Source: Eledone cirrhosa
Lineage: Eukaryota
Reading direction: 5' to 3'
Length of the DNA: 64,000 bases
Assembly: GCA_964016885.1 (NCBI GenBank)
Contig: OZ024751.1
Span: 44,888,001-44,952,000 of the forward strand
Translations under genes and position numbers: made by a program
Notes under the pieces: model-generated
What the model saw: only the letters and a program-made list of their open reading frames with translations
Database searches by the model: none
Told to the model about the DNA's origin: nothing
Shown: one piece after another, positions 61,982 to 64,000 of the stretch
How the letters are laid out: every line of letters begins with the position of its first letter
Numbering within the stretch: the first letter of the stretch is position 1

Positions 61982-62756
61982 CTATATATATATGTGTGTG
62001 TGTATATACACACACATACACACATACACACATACACATATATATACATATATATATACACACACAAATGAATACAGAAATAAAACAAAAAGGAAAGGGG
62101 GAAGAAAGAGAAAAGATCAGTGTTTGTATATAGAGATTTTGTTTTGATATAAATGTACACAACTCTATGAACCTAGCATGCTCTAAATTGGTTTCATCCA
62201 TTGAGGTCAAAATTGACCAACTAAATGTGGATTTTTAAGGCCGCTTTACCTCCGAGGCACGCCATTTTCATAACAGGTTGAAGACAACTTGTAGTGCAAG
62301 TTTTAAGCTTTACAGCTAAAAAAAAACGAAACATAAATATATAATATATAAAATAAAATAAAAAATATACAGCCTCTTTCCCCAGCCCCAATCATAATAA
62401 AACACTTCTAATAATACAAAAGGTTAGCAAAAGTGAAAAAATAGCAGGAAACACACAAGACACATGTTTTAGTTCAATAGAACAGAGATGAATAAGTTCA
62501 TAAGAGATCGCGGCAACAAGTTGTTGGTGGAGGTGGTGGGGATTTTTTTTTTGGGGGGGGGGGGGGGGGTAATGTTCGTGGTGGGGGTGGGGGTGGATGG
62601 CTTTGTTGGTGGTATTAGTGGAATTTAGCCCTAGGTCAGCTCATTCGTGGTTATCACCATCCTATCAAGAACTAGATAACTGGTAAATTGTAGTAATTAC
62701 TAGAGCGTCGCAGGGAGATGTCTTTCGATATTTGTACCAGTTATTAAGGTCCTGGG

Positions 62757-62818
<62 letters not shown>

Positions 62819-62821
<3 letters not shown>

Positions 62822-63008
62822 AAATTGTATGACCCCGACGGCAGAGTTCAAGCCGTTTCGGCGGCTATTTCAGTCCAGAAATAGCCGTCGAAACGGCTTG
62901 AGCTCTGCCGTCGGGGTCATACATTTTCCTATGACCAACTCTACTACCCTACGTATTGGGTACTCTGGTGCGTTATGGTCCATCTGGTTCCTTACCACAC
63001 CTCCTTCG

Positions 63009-63010
<2 letters not shown>
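62819..63010 (+). mobile_element. Family A fold-back element
   Basis: Same layout as 4612-4808. Confidence 0.85.
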
Positions 63011-63083
<73 letters not shown>

Positions 63084-63089
<6 letters not shown>

Positions 63090-63367
63090 ATTAGAAAGTG
63101 AACAACACAAAATATAACTACTCCATTACCAAAGGTTTCTGGATCACAGACGATAATAATATACGTCTGGATCGGTCATCAGACAGAGATGTTATAGATG
63201 TTAACATCTCTGTCTGATGACCGATCCAGACGTATATTATTATTGTCTGTGATCCAGAAACCTTTGGTAATGGAGTAGTTATATTTTGTGTTGTTCACTT
63301 TCTAATTACATAGCTCTCTTCTATACATAGAGCACTCTTTTTTCCTTTGCTTTTTCTTCGGAATTAC

Positions 63368-63370
<3 letters not shown>
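63084..63370. mobile_element. Fold-back HHR element (arms 63084-63193 and 63203-63312; HHR 63208-63275 +)
   Basis: cucugu-CUGAUGA-ccgauccagac..gucugugaucca-GAAAC-cuuug-GUA-auggag; tail begins GCUC..UA-GAGCAC. Confidence 0.82.
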
Positions 63371-63448
<78 letters not shown>

Positions 63449-63848
63449 ATACTTGGGGAGGGTCATATTTGTGTAATATTGCCAGAATTAATAACAGAAC
63501 ACACTCACTGTTTGGTTGGTTTTCGCTTTTCGCTTCTGTGTCTTTTATATCGGTAATCTAACTTACTCGGTCCTCAATGTTGCCATTGACTGACCAACGG
63601 TCAAAAATAATACAGATACAATATAGACACAAACACATATATATAGTTCATCATAAATCTTTCGTTGCACATCTGCAACATCGTCAGTGGTGTTATATTT
63701 TCCTCCTGTTGTGTTGTATGTCTACACCATTTTTATTCAATCTGTCTATATATTTATTTATTTATTTGCTTGTTTGTTTATTTTATTTCGTCTTCTTTGC
63801 GCATGCGTTTGCGTGTGTGTATAGTGTTATGTTTGCTGTGTGATGGGT

Positions 63849-64000
63849 GACTAGTGTGTGTTTATGTGCTTGTTGTTATTGTGCTTGTGTATGTATTTAT
63901 TTATTTATTTATCTTATTTTATTGATAAAATAAAATAAAATAAGATAAATAAATACATACACAAGCACAATAACAACAAGCACATAAACACACACTAGTC
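63849..64000. repeat. Inverted repeat running off the window end
   Basis: 63849-63920 is approximately the reverse complement of 63927-64000. Confidence 0.8.

Overview
Eukaryotic, AT-rich window saturated with microsatellites and probably intronic or intergenic. The SINE, LINE and MITE content resembles an octopus (coleoid cephalopod) genome, but that is an inference. Almost every ORF in the supplied track is a microsatellite artefact. Real coding remnants are a Penelope-like element (PLE: RT C-terminus plus GIY-YIG, 24437-26935), three copies of one RTE LINE, a CRE-clade RLE fragment and a chain of small candidate host exons on the minus strand. Also present are about 20 tRNA-derived SINE copies or fragments, a non-autonomous Helitron, mariner and piggyBac MITEs, several minisatellites and a ~1 kb local duplication. 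The most striking signal is more than 25 short (70-520 bp) inserts from at least 12 sequence-unrelated families, all sitting in (TA)n tracts. They share one design: a minimal type I hammerhead ribozyme (HHR); an asymmetric fold-back in which one arm carries a 3' 'tail' and the inverted arm lacks it; and a covarying RCUC-stem-UH-GAGYRC bulged hairpin starting 0-10 nt after the point where the tail-less arm ends. The protein-coding PLE remnant has the same design, so it is the likely type of autonomous partner. All structures were folded by eye and no database search was run.
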